A DNA stretch of 64,000 nucleotides from an uncultured Gemmatimonadales bacterium (GCA_963851265.1 CAWKNZ010000007.1:608001-672000), one strand, 5' to 3'. Shown: positions 1 through 10,129, counted from the stretch's first letter. Program-made: numbers and translations. The notes: generated by a model not told the origin, from the sequence alone.

Positions 1-136
1 CATCATGGTCGACCGCCGCCCCGCCCATCCACACCTCCGCGCCCGCCACCCCGGGCACGCCGGCGAACGCAGTCTCGACCGCGCGCACCGCGTGCACGGC
101 GGGCATGTCGGCAATGGTCAGGATCCAGCGTCTCAC
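1..136 (-). CDS. HMA-like (heavy-metal-associated fold) small protein, runs off window start
   Basis: Manual translation from GTG at 136: MRRWILTIADMPAVHAVRAVETAFAGVPGVAGAEVWMGGAAVDHD. The pattern fits the HMA fold but there is no CxxC. Not in the ORF track. Confidence 0.5.
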   Translation of the reverse strand, partial: MRRWILTIADMPAVHAVRAVETAFAGVPGVAGAEVWMGGAAVDHD

Positions 137-185
137 GCCGCTAAACTACCCCGGCGCCAAGCCGTCTCACCATCTCAGCCTCCGC

Positions 186-1160
186 ATGAACGTCGCATTC
201 CTCGGCCTCGGCGACATCGGCGCGCCGATGGCTCGCCACCTCGCCACGCCGCCCTTCTCGCTCGCCGTCTGGAACCGCACGCGCGAGCGCGCCGACCGGT
301 TCGCCGCGGCGCTCCCCGCGGGCGCGTCCGCGCGCGTCGCCGCCACGCCGGCCGACGCGGCGCGCGGCGCGAGCATCGTGATCACCTGCCTTCCCACCTC
401 GCGCGAGGTCGAGGCGCTGCTCGACGGCCCCGACGGGCTGCTTGCCGGGCTCGCGCCCGGCGCGGTGCTCGCCGACTGCACGTCGGGCGACCCGGACGGC
501 TCGCGCCGGATCGCCGCCCGGCTCGCCGACCGCGGCGTCGCCTTCGTCGACGCGCCGGTGAGCGGGGGAACGATCGGCGCCGAGAAGGGCACGCTCACGA
601 TCATGGTCGGCGGTGAGGCCGCCGCGCTCGAACAGGCGCGCCCCGCGCTCGCCGCGTTCGGGCAGAAGATCGTGCACGCGGGTCCCGTGGGGGCGGGCGA
701 CGCGCTCAAGGCGGTCAACAACGCGCTGCTCGCCGTCAACGTGTGGAGCACCGGCGAGGGGCTCGCCGCGCTCGAGAAGGCGGGGGTGCGCGCGGAGGTC
801 GCCCTCGACGTGATCAACGCGTCGAGCGGGCGCTCCAACGCGTCGATGAATCTCTTCCCCGAGCGCGTCCTGACGCGCGCCTTCCCGCGCAACTTCCGCC
901 TCGCGCTACTCGCGAAGGACGCGGGGATCGCGGCCGACTTCATCCGCGCGCAGGGCGTCGACGCCCCGCTCATCTCGCGCGCCGCCGAGCTGTTTCGCGG
1001 CGCGCGCGAAACGTTAGGCGAGTCGGCCGACCACGTCGAGGCCGTGCGCGTGATCGAAGCGCAGGCCGGCGTCGAGATCGGCGGCCCGGCCACCAGTGCG
1101 GGGGGCCACGAGGAGACGCCGGAGGAGCGGGCGACCGACGTGCTCGAGCAGCCCCTGTGA
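186..1160 (+). CDS. NAD(P)-dependent oxidoreductase, 3-hydroxyisobutyrate dehydrogenase family
   Basis: MNVAFLGLGDIGAPMA Rossmann motif, DAPVSGG, catalytic K in ALKAVNN, FRLALLAKD. Start at ATG 186. Confidence 0.9.
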   Translation: MNVAFLGLGDIGAPMARHLATPPFSLAVWNRTRERADRFAAALPAGASARVAATPADAARGASIVITCLPTSREVEALLDGPDGLLAGLAPGAVLADCTSGDPDGSRRIAARLADRGVAFVDAPVSGGTIGAEKGTLTIMVGGEAAALEQARPALAAFGQKIVHAGPVGAGDALKAVNNALLAVNVWSTGEGLAALEKAGVRAEVALDVINASSGRSNASMNLFPERVLTRAFPRNFRLALLAKDAGIAADFIRAQGVDAPLISRAAELFRGARETLGESADHVEAVRVIEAQAGVEIGGPATSAGGHEETPEERATDVLEQPL

Positions 1161-2488
1161 GTGCGGGGCTGGCGCGCGACGCCTTCCCGGCGCTCGCGCG
1201 CGTGCACAACGGCCACCCGGTCGCGTACTTCGACGGGCCCGGGGGCACGCAGGTGCCCCGCGCGGTGGCCGACGCCGTCGCCGACTACCTGCTGCACCAC
1301 AACGCCACCGCGCGCTGGGCCACGCCGACCAGTCGCGAGACGGACGACGTGATCGCCGCGGCGCGCGCGGCCGCGGCCGACCTGTTGGGCGCGCGCCCCG
1401 ACGAGGTCGCGTTCGGCCACAACATGACGACGCTCGCCTTCCACCTCTCGCGCGCGCTCGGCCGCGTGCTGCCCGCGGGCCCGGGCGAGGGCGCGCCGGT
1501 GCAGCCCGGCGACGAGATCGTCGTCACCGAGCTCGACCACCACGCCAACGTCGCCCCGTGGCAGGCGCTCGCCGACGAGCGGGGCGCGGTGATCCGCACG
1601 GCGCGCCTCGACGCCGCCACGGGCACGCTCGACTGGGCGCACTTCGCCTCGCTCCTCGGCCCGCGCACGCGCCTCGTCGCGGTGAACGCCGCGTGCAATG
1701 CGTTGGGCACGCTGACGGACGTCGCGCGGGCCGCCGGGCTCGCGCGCCACGTCGACGCGCTCGTCTTCGTCGACGCCGTGCACTGGGCGCCGCACGCGTC
1801 CATCGACGTCGCGGCACTCGCGAGGGCCGGCGTCGACTTCCTCGCGTGCTCGCCGTACAAGTTCTACGGCCCGCACGCCGGCATCCTCTGGGGCCGGGCC
1901 GAGCTGCTGGCCGCGCTCGACGTGCCGCGCGTCGCGCCGTCGCCGGACACCGTGCCCGAGCGGATCGAGACGGGCACGCGCAACCACGAGGCGCTCGCCG
2001 GCACCGCGGCCGCGGTCGACTTCCTCGCGTCGTTAGGCGACGCGCCGGAGGGCGGCGGGGCGCCGGGGCCCGCGGGACCGCGCCGCCCGCGCCTCGCCCG
2101 CGCCTACACGCGCATCCGCGCCGCCGAGCAGGCGCTCGTCGAGCGGATGTGGGAGGGGCTTACCGGCCTCGACGGCGTCACGGTGTACGGCCCGCCCCCC
2201 GACCTGCCGCGCACGCCGACGGTGAGCTTCACCGTGCGCGGCGTGCACCCGCGCGACGTCACGGCCGCGGCGTCGGAGGAGGGCGTCTTCCTCTCACACG
2301 GCAACTTCTACGCGGCCACGGTCGCCGAGCGCTACGGCGTGGAAGGGCGGGGCGGGTTCGTGCGCGCGGGGGCCGCATGCTACACGACCGCGGACGAGGT
2401 GGACCGGCTCGTGGCGGCCGTGCGCGACGCGGCGCGCGGCGCCCCGCGGCCCTCGCCCGGCGCCGCCGCCATCACGGGGCCGGCATGA
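1157..2488 (+). CDS. Cysteine desulfurase-like aminotransferase class V
   Basis: YFDGPGGTQVP, LDHHAN, VDAVH, PLP lysine in CSPYKF, IETGT. GTG start overlaps the upstream TGA. Confidence 0.88.
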   Translation: MSAGLARDAFPALARVHNGHPVAYFDGPGGTQVPRAVADAVADYLLHHNATARWATPTSRETDDVIAAARAAAADLLGARPDEVAFGHNMTTLAFHLSRALGRVLPAGPGEGAPVQPGDEIVVTELDHHANVAPWQALADERGAVIRTARLDAATGTLDWAHFASLLGPRTRLVAVNAACNALGTLTDVARAAGLARHVDALVFVDAVHWAPHASIDVAALARAGVDFLACSPYKFYGPHAGILWGRAELLAALDVPRVAPSPDTVPERIETGTRNHEALAGTAAAVDFLASLGDAPEGGGAPGPAGPRRPRLARAYTRIRAAEQALVERMWEGLTGLDGVTVYGPPPDLPRTPTVSFTVRGVHPRDVTAAASEEGVFLSHGNFYAATVAERYGVEGRGGFVRAGAACYTTADEVDRLVAAVRDAARGAPRPSPGAAAITGPA

Positions 2489-2539
2489 CCTGCACGAGCG
2501 CGACGCCGTCGTAAGCGGTCGCACCAGGGCTGTCGGGCG

Positions 2540-3910
2540 TCATCCGGCTCGCCGTGCGGCGGGGGCGGTCGGCGGCGCACCCAGCGGACCCGGGCCGGTG
2601 ACGCCCGGCACCATCGCCCCCGGCGCGGTCGCCACCTGCGCCGCGGCGGCCGCGTCCACGTCGGTGCGCACGACCTCCGCGGCCGGCCGGCGCGCGACGA
2701 CCAGCTCGCGCACGAGCACCATCACGGCCGCGAGCAGCGGGACCGCGACGAGCAGGCCTAACGGCCCGAAGAGCAGGGTCATCACCCCCTGCGCGAGCAG
2801 CGTGAGCGCCGGCGGCAGGTCGATCCGCTGCATCAGCACCGGCACCAGCAGGTGGTTCTCGAGAAACTGGAGCAGCACGAACGCGACCGCGACGAGCACC
2901 GCGGTGTGCGGGCTCGTGAGGAACGCCATCGCGACCGCGGGTACGCCGCTGAGGAACGCCCCGACGGTGGGGATGAACTTCGTCAGCGCCGTGAGGACCC
3001 CGAGCGCGAGCGCCGCGCGCACGTGCAGGCCGAGCAGGATCGCCGTCGTCGCGACGCCGAGCACCGCCATCGTCAGCAGCTGGGCGACGAGCCAGCGCCG
3101 GAGCGCGATCGCGACCTCCGAGAGTACGGTCGCGCCGCGCTCGCGGCGCAGCGCCGGCAGCAGGGCGAGCACGCCGCGCGCGTACTGCGAGGGGTCGACG
3201 GCGAAGTAGAGGGCGAGGAAGATCGCGAGCAGCAGCCCCGTCGCCGCGGCGACGGTCGCGCGCACCACGCGCAGAGGGTCGCTGTGGCCGGCGCCCGCCG
3301 TGCGAATCCGCTCGACGAGCCGCGCGCGGAGCGCCGCACCGACCACGGACGGCGCCCGGCCGCCGGCGCGTCCGTCGGGCGCGCCGGCAGCCGCGGCGGC
3401 CCCCGCGGGGGCTGGCGCCGCTGCGGCGGTCGTCGCGGGCGAGCCGAGCGAGTCGACCCGCTCACCCGATCCAGCGGGCGCCGCAGACGCCGCGGACGCT
3501 GCAGGTGCGCCGAGCACGAACCGGAGCGGCCCGGTGTCGTGCGACGCGAGCCACGAGTCCAGCTCGGACAGCGCGTCGGGCACGCGCGTCTCGATCTCGG
3601 CCGACTGCCGGCGCAGCGTCGGCGCGAGCCAGGCCCCCACGCCGCCGAGGACCGCGCAGGCGCCCACCACGATGAGCGCCGCGCCGACCGCGCGCGGCAC
3701 CCCGAAGCGCGCGAGCCGCTCCGCACCCGCGGCGGCCGGCAGGCCGAACAGCACGCCGAGGAACGCGATGAAGAGCAGGTCGCGCACCGCCCACAGGCCG
3801 AGCCCGAGGGCGACCACGCCGAGCGCGGCGGCCGTCGCGGCCGCGGCGAGCTTGGCGATGCGGAGTGTGCTCGTCGGCGCGTCGGGGGGCGTGAGGTCGC
3901 CCGCGCTCAC
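2540..3910 (-). CDS. AI-2E family transporter
   Basis: Many TM segments, FIPTVG, LQFLENHLLVPVL, FGPLGLLVAVPL. GTG start overlaps the stop of the upstream gene. Confidence 0.85.
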   Translation of the reverse strand: MSAGDLTPPDAPTSTLRIAKLAAAATAAALGVVALGLGLWAVRDLLFIAFLGVLFGLPAAAGAERLARFGVPRAVGAALIVVGACAVLGGVGAWLAPTLRRQSAEIETRVPDALSELDSWLASHDTGPLRFVLGAPAASAASAAPAGSGERVDSLGSPATTAAAAPAPAGAAAAAGAPDGRAGGRAPSVVGAALRARLVERIRTAGAGHSDPLRVVRATVAAATGLLLAIFLALYFAVDPSQYARGVLALLPALRRERGATVLSEVAIALRRWLVAQLLTMAVLGVATTAILLGLHVRAALALGVLTALTKFIPTVGAFLSGVPAVAMAFLTSPHTAVLVAVAFVLLQFLENHLLVPVLMQRIDLPPALTLLAQGVMTLLFGPLGLLVAVPLLAAVMVLVRELVVARRPAAEVVRTDVDAAAAAQVATAPGAMVPGVTGPGPLGAPPTAPAARRAG

Positions 3911-4638
3911 AGGATGTTGACGGCGCGCGCGGCGAGCACCGCGACGGTGGCGAACGAGATCAGCGATTGGATCATCATCAGCAGCTTCGCCCACCGCGAG
4001 AGGACGGGGGCGTCGGTTGGCGAGAACGCGGTGCTCGTGTTGAAGGCGAGGAACAGATAGTCGACGAACTCGGGTCGCCAGTGCAGCGCGTGCGCGCCGC
4101 CCCCGTCGTCGGAGTCGACCGTCTGTTGCGGGAAGAGGAACGCGCCCGTCCACGCCGCGTCGCGCGGGTGTGTACGCGAGCGCGCGTGCGGCCCGCCCGC
4201 GTCCACGCGCCAGTACCACGACGCGAACACGAGAATGTTCGTGAGCCACAGCGCCGCGGCCGAGCGCAGCAGTGTCTGGGGCGCCTCCGCCTTGGACGGT
4301 AACGCCGCGACGAGGCGGATCAGCCCGGCGACGAGCGCGGCCGTCATCACGCCGAGCAGCGCGACCCCGAACGCGTGGTTCAGCGTGTCGCGCCCGAGGC
4401 GGTGCGCCATGATGGTCGGCACGAGGAGCACCGACACCACCACGAGCAGCAGCCACGGCGGCCCGATCGTGAGCGAGCCGGGGAGCGCGAGCGAGAGCAG
4501 CCCGACGCCGAGCACGGCGAGAATCGCCGGCCACCGTGGCTCGTGCACGGTGACCGGCGGCTCCGGGTGTGTGATGCGCGATGCGGCGTGCATCGGCGAG
4601 TGCGGCGCCGCGTGTGGCGGGCGCGAGGACGCGGACAT
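3907..4638 (-). CDS. DUF1345-like membrane protein
   Basis: FLFPQ, WRPEFVDYLFLAFNTSTAFSPTD, LLMMIQS. Start uncertain. Confidence 0.75.
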   Translation of the reverse strand: MSASSRPPHAAPHSPMHAASRITHPEPPVTVHEPRWPAILAVLGVGLLSLALPGSLTIGPPWLLLVVVSVLLVPTIMAHRLGRDTLNHAFGVALLGVMTAALVAGLIRLVAALPSKAEAPQTLLRSAAALWLTNILVFASWYWRVDAGGPHARSRTHPRDAAWTGAFLFPQQTVDSDDGGGAHALHWRPEFVDYLFLAFNTSTAFSPTDAPVLSRWAKLLMMIQSLISFATVAVLAARAVNIL

Positions 4639-4705
4639 GGTGTTGGTCGCTGCGCAAGGATGACACCGTCGGGGCGCTCCCCGAGACGCCTATATTCACG
4701 CCCCT

Positions 4706-5851
4706 ATGTTCGCGTCTCGCCGCCGCCCGGCCCGTCGCGCCCGTGCGGGCGCCGCGGGCGCCGCCGTTCTCGGTGCGGTCGCCGCGCTGGCGTCGGCGTC
4801 CTGCGCGCGCGACCGGCCGGGGCGGGGGGGGCGGGGCGAGCCGTCGACCGAGTTCCTCGCGGTCGCGGGCGACTCGACGTACTGGGTGACGAGCGGGCCG
4901 GCCGGTGTCCACGTCCGGAGCGCGCCCCTGTTTCTCACGCGGTGGGACGGCCGCCTCGCCGACGTCTACGTGGTCGACGACGGCGTGCGGTTCGACGGGG
5001 CGGAGTTCTCGACCGTACGGGTGTACCGGCGCGACCTGCTGACCGGCGACAGCACGCTCGTCGCCGCCGACGACGAGGTGCCGCACCTCGCGGCGCGCTA
5101 CGCGGCCGCGCACCCCGACGCGCGTCCACTGGACGACGGGGACGACTCCGAAGCCGACCCGTCGTTCGTCGCCGAACACGGGGTCGGACTGGTGGCCGTC
5201 CACGGGCCGTACCTCACGCTCGACCTGCGCACCTTCGTCGACGGCTCCTATGCGGAGCACCTCGCGGCGCGGCGCGAGACGCTGCGGCGCCGCGTCGTCG
5301 ACCTGCGTACGGGCCGCGCCGCGTCGCTCGCCGTGCTCTTCGGTCCGACCGCGCCGGCCGCGCTCGCGGACGCCGGGCGGCGCGCCTTCGCGCGTGCGCG
5401 CGCGACGCTCGACACCCTTGCCGTGCCCGCCGCGGACGACAGCACGCGCGAGCGGGCCCGCGCCGCGCTCGCCACGCTCCGCTTCGATCCCGACAACTTC
5501 GGGCTCGCGATCGCTGCAGACGGCGGGCCCGCCGTGCAGTTCGTCGCCCTCGGTGGCGATGAGGACGGGGCCGTCACGCTCGCCCTGCCGCCGGTCGCGC
5601 TCTCGGAGGCTGGCGTGCAGGCGAGCCCCGAGCCCGCGTGGTGGACCGCCGAGGTGCGCCCGCTCTCGCCCGCGACCGCGCCCGACGCCGCGCGGCTGCT
5701 CGCCAATGTGCCGGGCCCGGCCGAGCAACTCGTCCGCCTCGACCGCCCGCCCGCCGACGCGGCACTCCGCCGGGCGCTTCGCCGCGCCTTCGACCAGAGC
5801 GCGCTCGACGACGCCGTCACGACGAGCGTCGCCTTCCGACACCGCCCGTAG
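4706..5851 (+). CDS. Hypothetical lipoprotein
   Basis: Basic N-terminus, hydrophobic stretch and ASASC lipobox-like site. Codon usage typical of the window. Confidence 0.65.
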   Translation: MFASRRRPARRARAGAAGAAVLGAVAALASASCARDRPGRGGRGEPSTEFLAVAGDSTYWVTSGPAGVHVRSAPLFLTRWDGRLADVYVVDDGVRFDGAEFSTVRVYRRDLLTGDSTLVAADDEVPHLAARYAAAHPDARPLDDGDDSEADPSFVAEHGVGLVAVHGPYLTLDLRTFVDGSYAEHLAARRETLRRRVVDLRTGRAASLAVLFGPTAPAALADAGRRAFARARATLDTLAVPAADDSTRERARAALATLRFDPDNFGLAIAADGGPAVQFVALGGDEDGAVTLALPPVALSEAGVQASPEPAWWTAEVRPLSPATAPDAARLLANVPGPAEQLVRLDRPPADAALRRALRRAFDQSALDDAVTTSVAFRHRP

Positions 5852-5885
5852 CCCGCGCCGCGCTCGGCCCCGTACCCCGCCCGTC

Positions 5886-6467
5886 ATGTCCCTGTACGCC
5901 GCGCGCACGCCGCGCGAAAGTCAGCACGAGACCTCCGAGCTCATGATGCCCCAGCACGCCAACAACCTGGGGCACGTGTTTGGGGGGGTCATCCTGTCGA
6001 TGATGGACAAGGCCGCCGCCGTCGCGGCCTTCCGGCACGCGCGCGCGGCGTGCGTGACCGTCAGCATCGACCGCGTCGACTTCCGCGAGCCGATCCACGT
6101 CGGCGACCTCGTCGTGATGAAGGCGAGCGTGAACCACGTCGGCCGCACCTCGGTCGAGGTGGGCGTGCGCGTGGAGGCCGAGGAGCTGACGAGCGGCCGC
6201 CGGCGTCACACGAACTCGTGCTATCTCACGTTCGTCGCCGTCGACCGCAACGGCCGGCCGATCGACGTGCCCCCGCTCGCGCCCGAGACGCCCGACGAAC
6301 GGCGTCGCGCCGAAGCCGCGGCCGCGCGCCGCCGCCGCCGGCTCGAAGAGCGCGACGCCGAAGCCCGCCGCCAGGGTGGCGACGCGGCGTCCGACGCGGA
6401 AGACGGGCATGCCGCCGGCGCGACGGACGCACCCGCCGGGCTCGACGCGCGGCCCACGCCCGCCTAA
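5886..6467 (+). CDS. Acyl-CoA thioesterase (hotdog fold, YciA-like)
   Basis: HANNLGHVFGG, MDKAA, VDFREPIHVGD, VGRTS, LTFVAVD. Confidence 0.9.
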   Translation: MSLYAARTPRESQHETSELMMPQHANNLGHVFGGVILSMMDKAAAVAAFRHARAACVTVSIDRVDFREPIHVGDLVVMKASVNHVGRTSVEVGVRVEAEELTSGRRRHTNSCYLTFVAVDRNGRPIDVPPLAPETPDERRRAEAAAARRRRRLEERDAEARRQGGDAASDAEDGHAAGATDAPAGLDARPTPA

Positions 6468-6482
6468 CGTTCCCGGACGCCC

Positions 6483-6935
6483 ATGCCCCCGACCTACACG
6501 CCCGCGTCGGCCAACGCCGCGCTCCCGTACGTCCGGCGGATCGTCGCCGACCTCGTCCGCGATCACGCCGACTGGCGCGCGAGTGTGGCCGCGCTCGCCA
6601 CCCTCGACGCGCCCGGCGCCACCCCGAGCAGTGCCGAACCGGCGTCCGGGCCGCACCCCGACACGCCCGCGCTCCGCCGCCGCGCCGCCGCGCTCGCCGA
6701 CGACGTGCGCGCCGCGCTCGCCGACCTCGCCACGCTCGGCGTCGAGTGCAAGGGCATCGACGTGGGGCTCGTCGACTTCCCGGCCGTGGTCGATGGCGTG
6801 CCCGCGTGCCTCTGCTGGAAACTCGGCGAGCCCACGGTGGCGTGGTGGCACCGGCGCGACGCCGGCTTCGCCGGGCGGCGGCTCATCGGCGGCGCGTCGG
6901 CCTCCGCATTGGCCGCTCCCGAGGTCCCGGCGTGA
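6483..6935 (+). CDS. DUF2203 family protein
   Basis: ANAALP, KGIDVGLVDFP, LCWKLGE, WH and GFAGR motifs. Confidence 0.85.
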   Translation: MPPTYTPASANAALPYVRRIVADLVRDHADWRASVAALATLDAPGATPSSAEPASGPHPDTPALRRRAAALADDVRAALADLATLGVECKGIDVGLVDFPAVVDGVPACLCWKLGEPTVAWWHRRDAGFAGRRLIGGASASALAAPEVPA

Positions 6936-7237
6936 TCCGCGGGGCGAAGCGGGTGCGATCTCGCGCGTTCCGGGCGACCGACGGGGTATCGTGGACCGTG
7001 ACCGCGCGGGCTCCGGGCGCGAGCAACGTGATGATCGTCTTTCTCCACCCCGACCGGTCGACGACCGCGCGTGACCGCTACGCGTGGTGGGTGAGCTCCG
7101 GTCCCGAGGCCCGCGACGTGACCGCCCGACTCGGCGCCGCGGAGGTCCTGGCCGCGCTCGGGGACGCCGACATCGGCGACCTCTTCCGGCGCTCGATGCC
7201 GATCGACAGCAACGTTCCGCGGTTCGAATCGGGCTGA
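6932..7237 (+). CDS. Hypothetical protein
   Basis: GTG overlaps the upstream TGA. Plausible globular sequence (VMIVFLHPD, RDRYAWW). Confidence 0.6.
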   Translation: MIRGAKRVRSRAFRATDGVSWTVTARAPGASNVMIVFLHPDRSTTARDRYAWWVSSGPEARDVTARLGAAEVLAALGDADIGDLFRRSMPIDSNVPRFESG

Positions 7238-7272
7238 CGGGACGCGGGTACGTCCAGCGCCTCAGGCGCGTC

Positions 7273-8223
7273 TCAGGCAGCTTCGCCGTCGATCTCGTCG
7301 GCGAATCGCACGTCGATCTCCGTGCCGTCGCGTGCCGCGGTCGTGGCCGGGAATACCGAGCGCGCCTCGCCTTCCAGCTCGCGCGCGTCGCGCGAGTAGC
7401 GGGCCGAGATGTGGGTGAGCACGAGCTGCCGGACGCCGGCCACGCGGGCGACCGTGGCCGCCTCGCGCGCAGTCGAGTGGCCGGTTTCGATCGCGCGTGG
7501 CCCTTCGTCGTCGGCGAAGGTCGCTTCGTGCACGAGTACGTCTGCGCCCTGGGCCGCGTCGACCGTCGCGGCCGACGGGCGCGTGTCGCCCGTGATCACC
7601 ACGGTGCGTCCTGGACGCGTCGGTCCGACGAGCGTGGCCGGGTCGATTGTCCGGCCATCGTCGAGCGTCACCGTCTCGCCGCGGTGGAGGCGCCCCCACG
7701 CCGGTCCTTCGGGGACGCCGAGTTCGCGCGCCAGGTCGGGATTGAAGCGGCCGCGGCGGATCTCCTCGACGATGGCGTAGCCGACGGCCGACGCGCCCGC
7801 ATGCTCGGCCGCGAACGGGACGATCGCGTAACCCTTACGCGCGACCGCCGTGCCGGGCTCGACCTCGAAGAACTCGATTGGAAAGCCCAGCCGGTCGACG
7901 CTGCCTCCGCCGAGCGCGACCACCTGGCGAAGCGTGCGGGCGGAGCCGCGGGGACCCCAGAGGCGGAGCGGCTCCGTGCGCCCGCCGAGTTGGAGCGTGC
8001 GGGTCAGGCCGATCACGCCGAGCAGGTGATCGGCGTGGGTGTGCGTGAAGAAGATGTCGCCGAGGCCGAAGGACGTGCCGTAGCGCATCATCTGGCGTTG
8101 TGTGCCCTCGCCGCAGTCGACGAGGAACGTCTCGCCCTCTCGCGTGACCGCGACCGAGGCGACGTTCCGCTCGACCGTTGGTCGACTCGCGGCGGTGCCG
8201 AGGAAACGGAGGGTGAGCGACAT
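7273..8223 (-). CDS. rnz: Ribonuclease Z
   Basis: FLGT, DCGEGTQ, HTHADH metallo-beta-lactamase motif, GP exosite, GDT, HEAT, THISARY. Confidence 0.95.
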   Translation of the reverse strand: MSLTLRFLGTAASRPTVERNVASVAVTREGETFLVDCGEGTQRQMMRYGTSFGLGDIFFTHTHADHLLGVIGLTRTLQLGGRTEPLRLWGPRGSARTLRQVVALGGGSVDRLGFPIEFFEVEPGTAVARKGYAIVPFAAEHAGASAVGYAIVEEIRRGRFNPDLARELGVPEGPAWGRLHRGETVTLDDGRTIDPATLVGPTRPGRTVVITGDTRPSAATVDAAQGADVLVHEATFADDEGPRAIETGHSTAREAATVARVAGVRQLVLTHISARYSRDARELEGEARSVFPATTAARDGTEIDVRFADEIDGEAA

Positions 8224-8299
8224 GGGCGGGCAATGTAGGCGCGCCGGCCCGGGCCCTGCACCGCGGACGGCCGACCTTCTCACCTACAAACATCCGGTT

Positions 8300-9205
8300 A
8301 TGGACGCTTCGTCTCATTCGCCGACTGACCCGCAGGCACACGTCGATCAATATCCGACCAGGATGCCCGCGCAGCACATGGCCGAGCCCGGGCAGGAGCG
8401 CGACTTGGCGCTCAAGCCGCAGTTCGAGGCGCCGACGTACAAGGCGGCGGGCAAGCTGGCCGACAAGGCCGCGCTCATCACCGGCGGCGACAGTGGGATC
8501 GGGCGGGCGGTCGCGGTGCTGTTCGCCCGCGAGGGGGCCGACGTCGCGATCGTCTACAAGCCCGAAGAGCAGGGCGACGCGGACGAGACCCGGCGGCACG
8601 TGGAGGGGGCGGGGCGGCGCTGCGTGCAGATCCCGGGCGACGTGACCGACGTGACGTTCGTGGACGCGGCCGTGGAGCGGACCGTGCGCGAGTTGGGCAA
8701 GCTGGACATCCTCGTGAACAACGCGGCGCACCAGAAGGACAAGAAGTCGCTGGAGGAGATCACGGACGAGGAGTGGGACAAGACGTTCCACACCAACATC
8801 TATGCGTACTTCCGCTTCGCGCGCGCCGCGCTCCGGCACATGCGGGAGGGTGCGGCGATCGTGAACACGGGGTCCGAAACGGGGCTGATGGGGAGCAAGG
8901 AGTTGCTCGACTATTCGGCAACCAAGGGCGCGATTCACGCGTTCACGAAGGCGCTCGCGCAGAACCTCGTGGAGCGGAAGATCCGGGTGAACTGCGTCGC
9001 GCCGGGCCCGGTGTGGACGCCGCTCAACCCCCAGAGCAGCGATGCGGAGAAGGTGGCCCAGTTCGGCCAGAAGACGCCGATGCAGCGTCCCGCGCAGCCC
9101 GAGGAGATGGCGCCGGCGTACGTGTATTTCGCGTCGACGGCCGACTCGAGCTACGTCACCGGCGAGGTGCTTGCGCTGATGGGAGGCCAGACGACCGCGG
9201 GCTGA
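8300..9205 (+). CDS. SDR oxidoreductase, general-stress YdaD/YhdF-like
   Basis: ITGGDSGIGRA, NNAA, YSATK, VAPGPVWTPL, QPEE. Confidence 0.9.
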   Translation: MDASSHSPTDPQAHVDQYPTRMPAQHMAEPGQERDLALKPQFEAPTYKAAGKLADKAALITGGDSGIGRAVAVLFAREGADVAIVYKPEEQGDADETRRHVEGAGRRCVQIPGDVTDVTFVDAAVERTVRELGKLDILVNNAAHQKDKKSLEEITDEEWDKTFHTNIYAYFRFARAALRHMREGAAIVNTGSETGLMGSKELLDYSATKGAIHAFTKALAQNLVERKIRVNCVAPGPVWTPLNPQSSDAEKVAQFGQKTPMQRPAQPEEMAPAYVYFASTADSSYVTGEVLALMGGQTTAG

Positions 9206-9375
9206 GGGCGGTGTTGGCGGATGTCAGTGGCCCGTGTGCCGGTCGAGACCGGCAACGGCCCATAGTTTGCTACGCAATCAATTGCGGCGGGCTTGCTACA
9301 TCCGTCGAGTCGGAGGTCGGTGGGGCGCTGACGGCCGGCTGTGCATCTCTCTCTTGGGCCCAGAGGATCACGACG

Positions 9376-9735
9376 ATGAGCGAATTGATGACGGTAGACG
9401 GGAGCGCGGAGCGGGGCGAGGCGAGCGGCGCCGGGAAGAGCCGGCGAGGGTTTGCCTCGATGGATCGGGCGCGTCAGCGCGAGATCGCGAGCAAGGGGGG
9501 CCGGGCAGCGCACGCCAAGGGCACCGCGCACGAGTGGAGCTCGGACGAGGCGCGTACGGCGGGGCAGAAGGGCGGCATCGTCGTGAGCCGCGACCGGACG
9601 CACATGGCGACCATCGGTCGCGAGGGCGGCGAGTCGCGGAGCCGGGCGAGCCGGGCGGCGCGCAACGGCGATCATCACGCCGGGAATGGAAGCGAGCGCG
9701 AGATGACGCGCGTGGTCGCGCGCGAGCAGGCGTGA
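9376..9735 (+). CDS. KGG-motif general stress protein
   Basis: RGFASMD, REIASKGG, GQKGG, HMATIGREGG repeats. Confidence 0.9.
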   Translation: MSELMTVDGSAERGEASGAGKSRRGFASMDRARQREIASKGGRAAHAKGTAHEWSSDEARTAGQKGGIVVSRDRTHMATIGREGGESRSRASRAARNGDHHAGNGSEREMTRVVAREQA

Positions 9736-9794
9736 CGTCGGCCTCGGCCCGTTGGCGCTGAGGCCGAGGGCCGGCGATCGGCGGCCCTCGGTGC

Positions 9795-9822
9795 TTGACG
9801 CGCGGGCCGAACGTGCTAAGTT
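9795..9822 (+). promoter_or_regulatory. Sigma70-type promoter for tRNA-Ala
   Basis: TTGACG-N16-TAAGTT with TG extended -10, about 60 nt upstream of the tRNA. Confidence 0.6.
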
Positions 9823-9831
9823 CATCCAGGT

Positions 9832-9875
9832 CACGACGGCTGCTCCGGCGCCAATCGGCCGGAGCAGCCGTCGTG
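9832..9875. repeat. Perfect 18-bp inverted repeat in the tRNA-Ala leader
   Basis: CACGACGGCTGCTCCGGC / GCCGGAGCAGCCGTCGTG with an 8-nt loop. Confidence 0.85.
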
Positions 9876-9880
9876 CTCGC

Positions 9881-9953
9881 GGGGCTGTAGCTCAGCTGGG
9901 AGAGCGCTGCAATCGCACTGCAGAGGTCAGGGGTTCGATCCCCCTCAGCTCCA
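9881..9953 (+). tRNA. tRNA-Ala(CGC), CCA not encoded
   Basis: GGGGCTGTAGCTCAG...GGTTCGATCC...CAGCTCCA. Anticodon stem CTGCA/TGCAG, loop ATCGCAC, G3:U70 pair. Confidence 0.95.
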
Positions 9954-10129
9954 TCCGCGCGTCTGGTTCGTCTGTGACGAACGCGGTCGATGATCGTTCT
10001 TGTTCGTTGCCCGCCGCCGTTCGGTAGGACGGAGAGTTCCAATGACGGCGCGCGCGGCACGAACGCACGCGGAAACGACGGCCCGCGCTCTTTCGAGAGC
10101 GCGGGCCGTCGCGCGTTGTGGGGGCGTGC

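Noticed and set aside
2540..5908. 1122-aa ORF and other very long Arg/Ala-rich ORFs (e.g. 37273..40563, 36779..39562)
   Set aside because: High-GC shadow frames. Only the C-terminal parts of some correspond to real genes.
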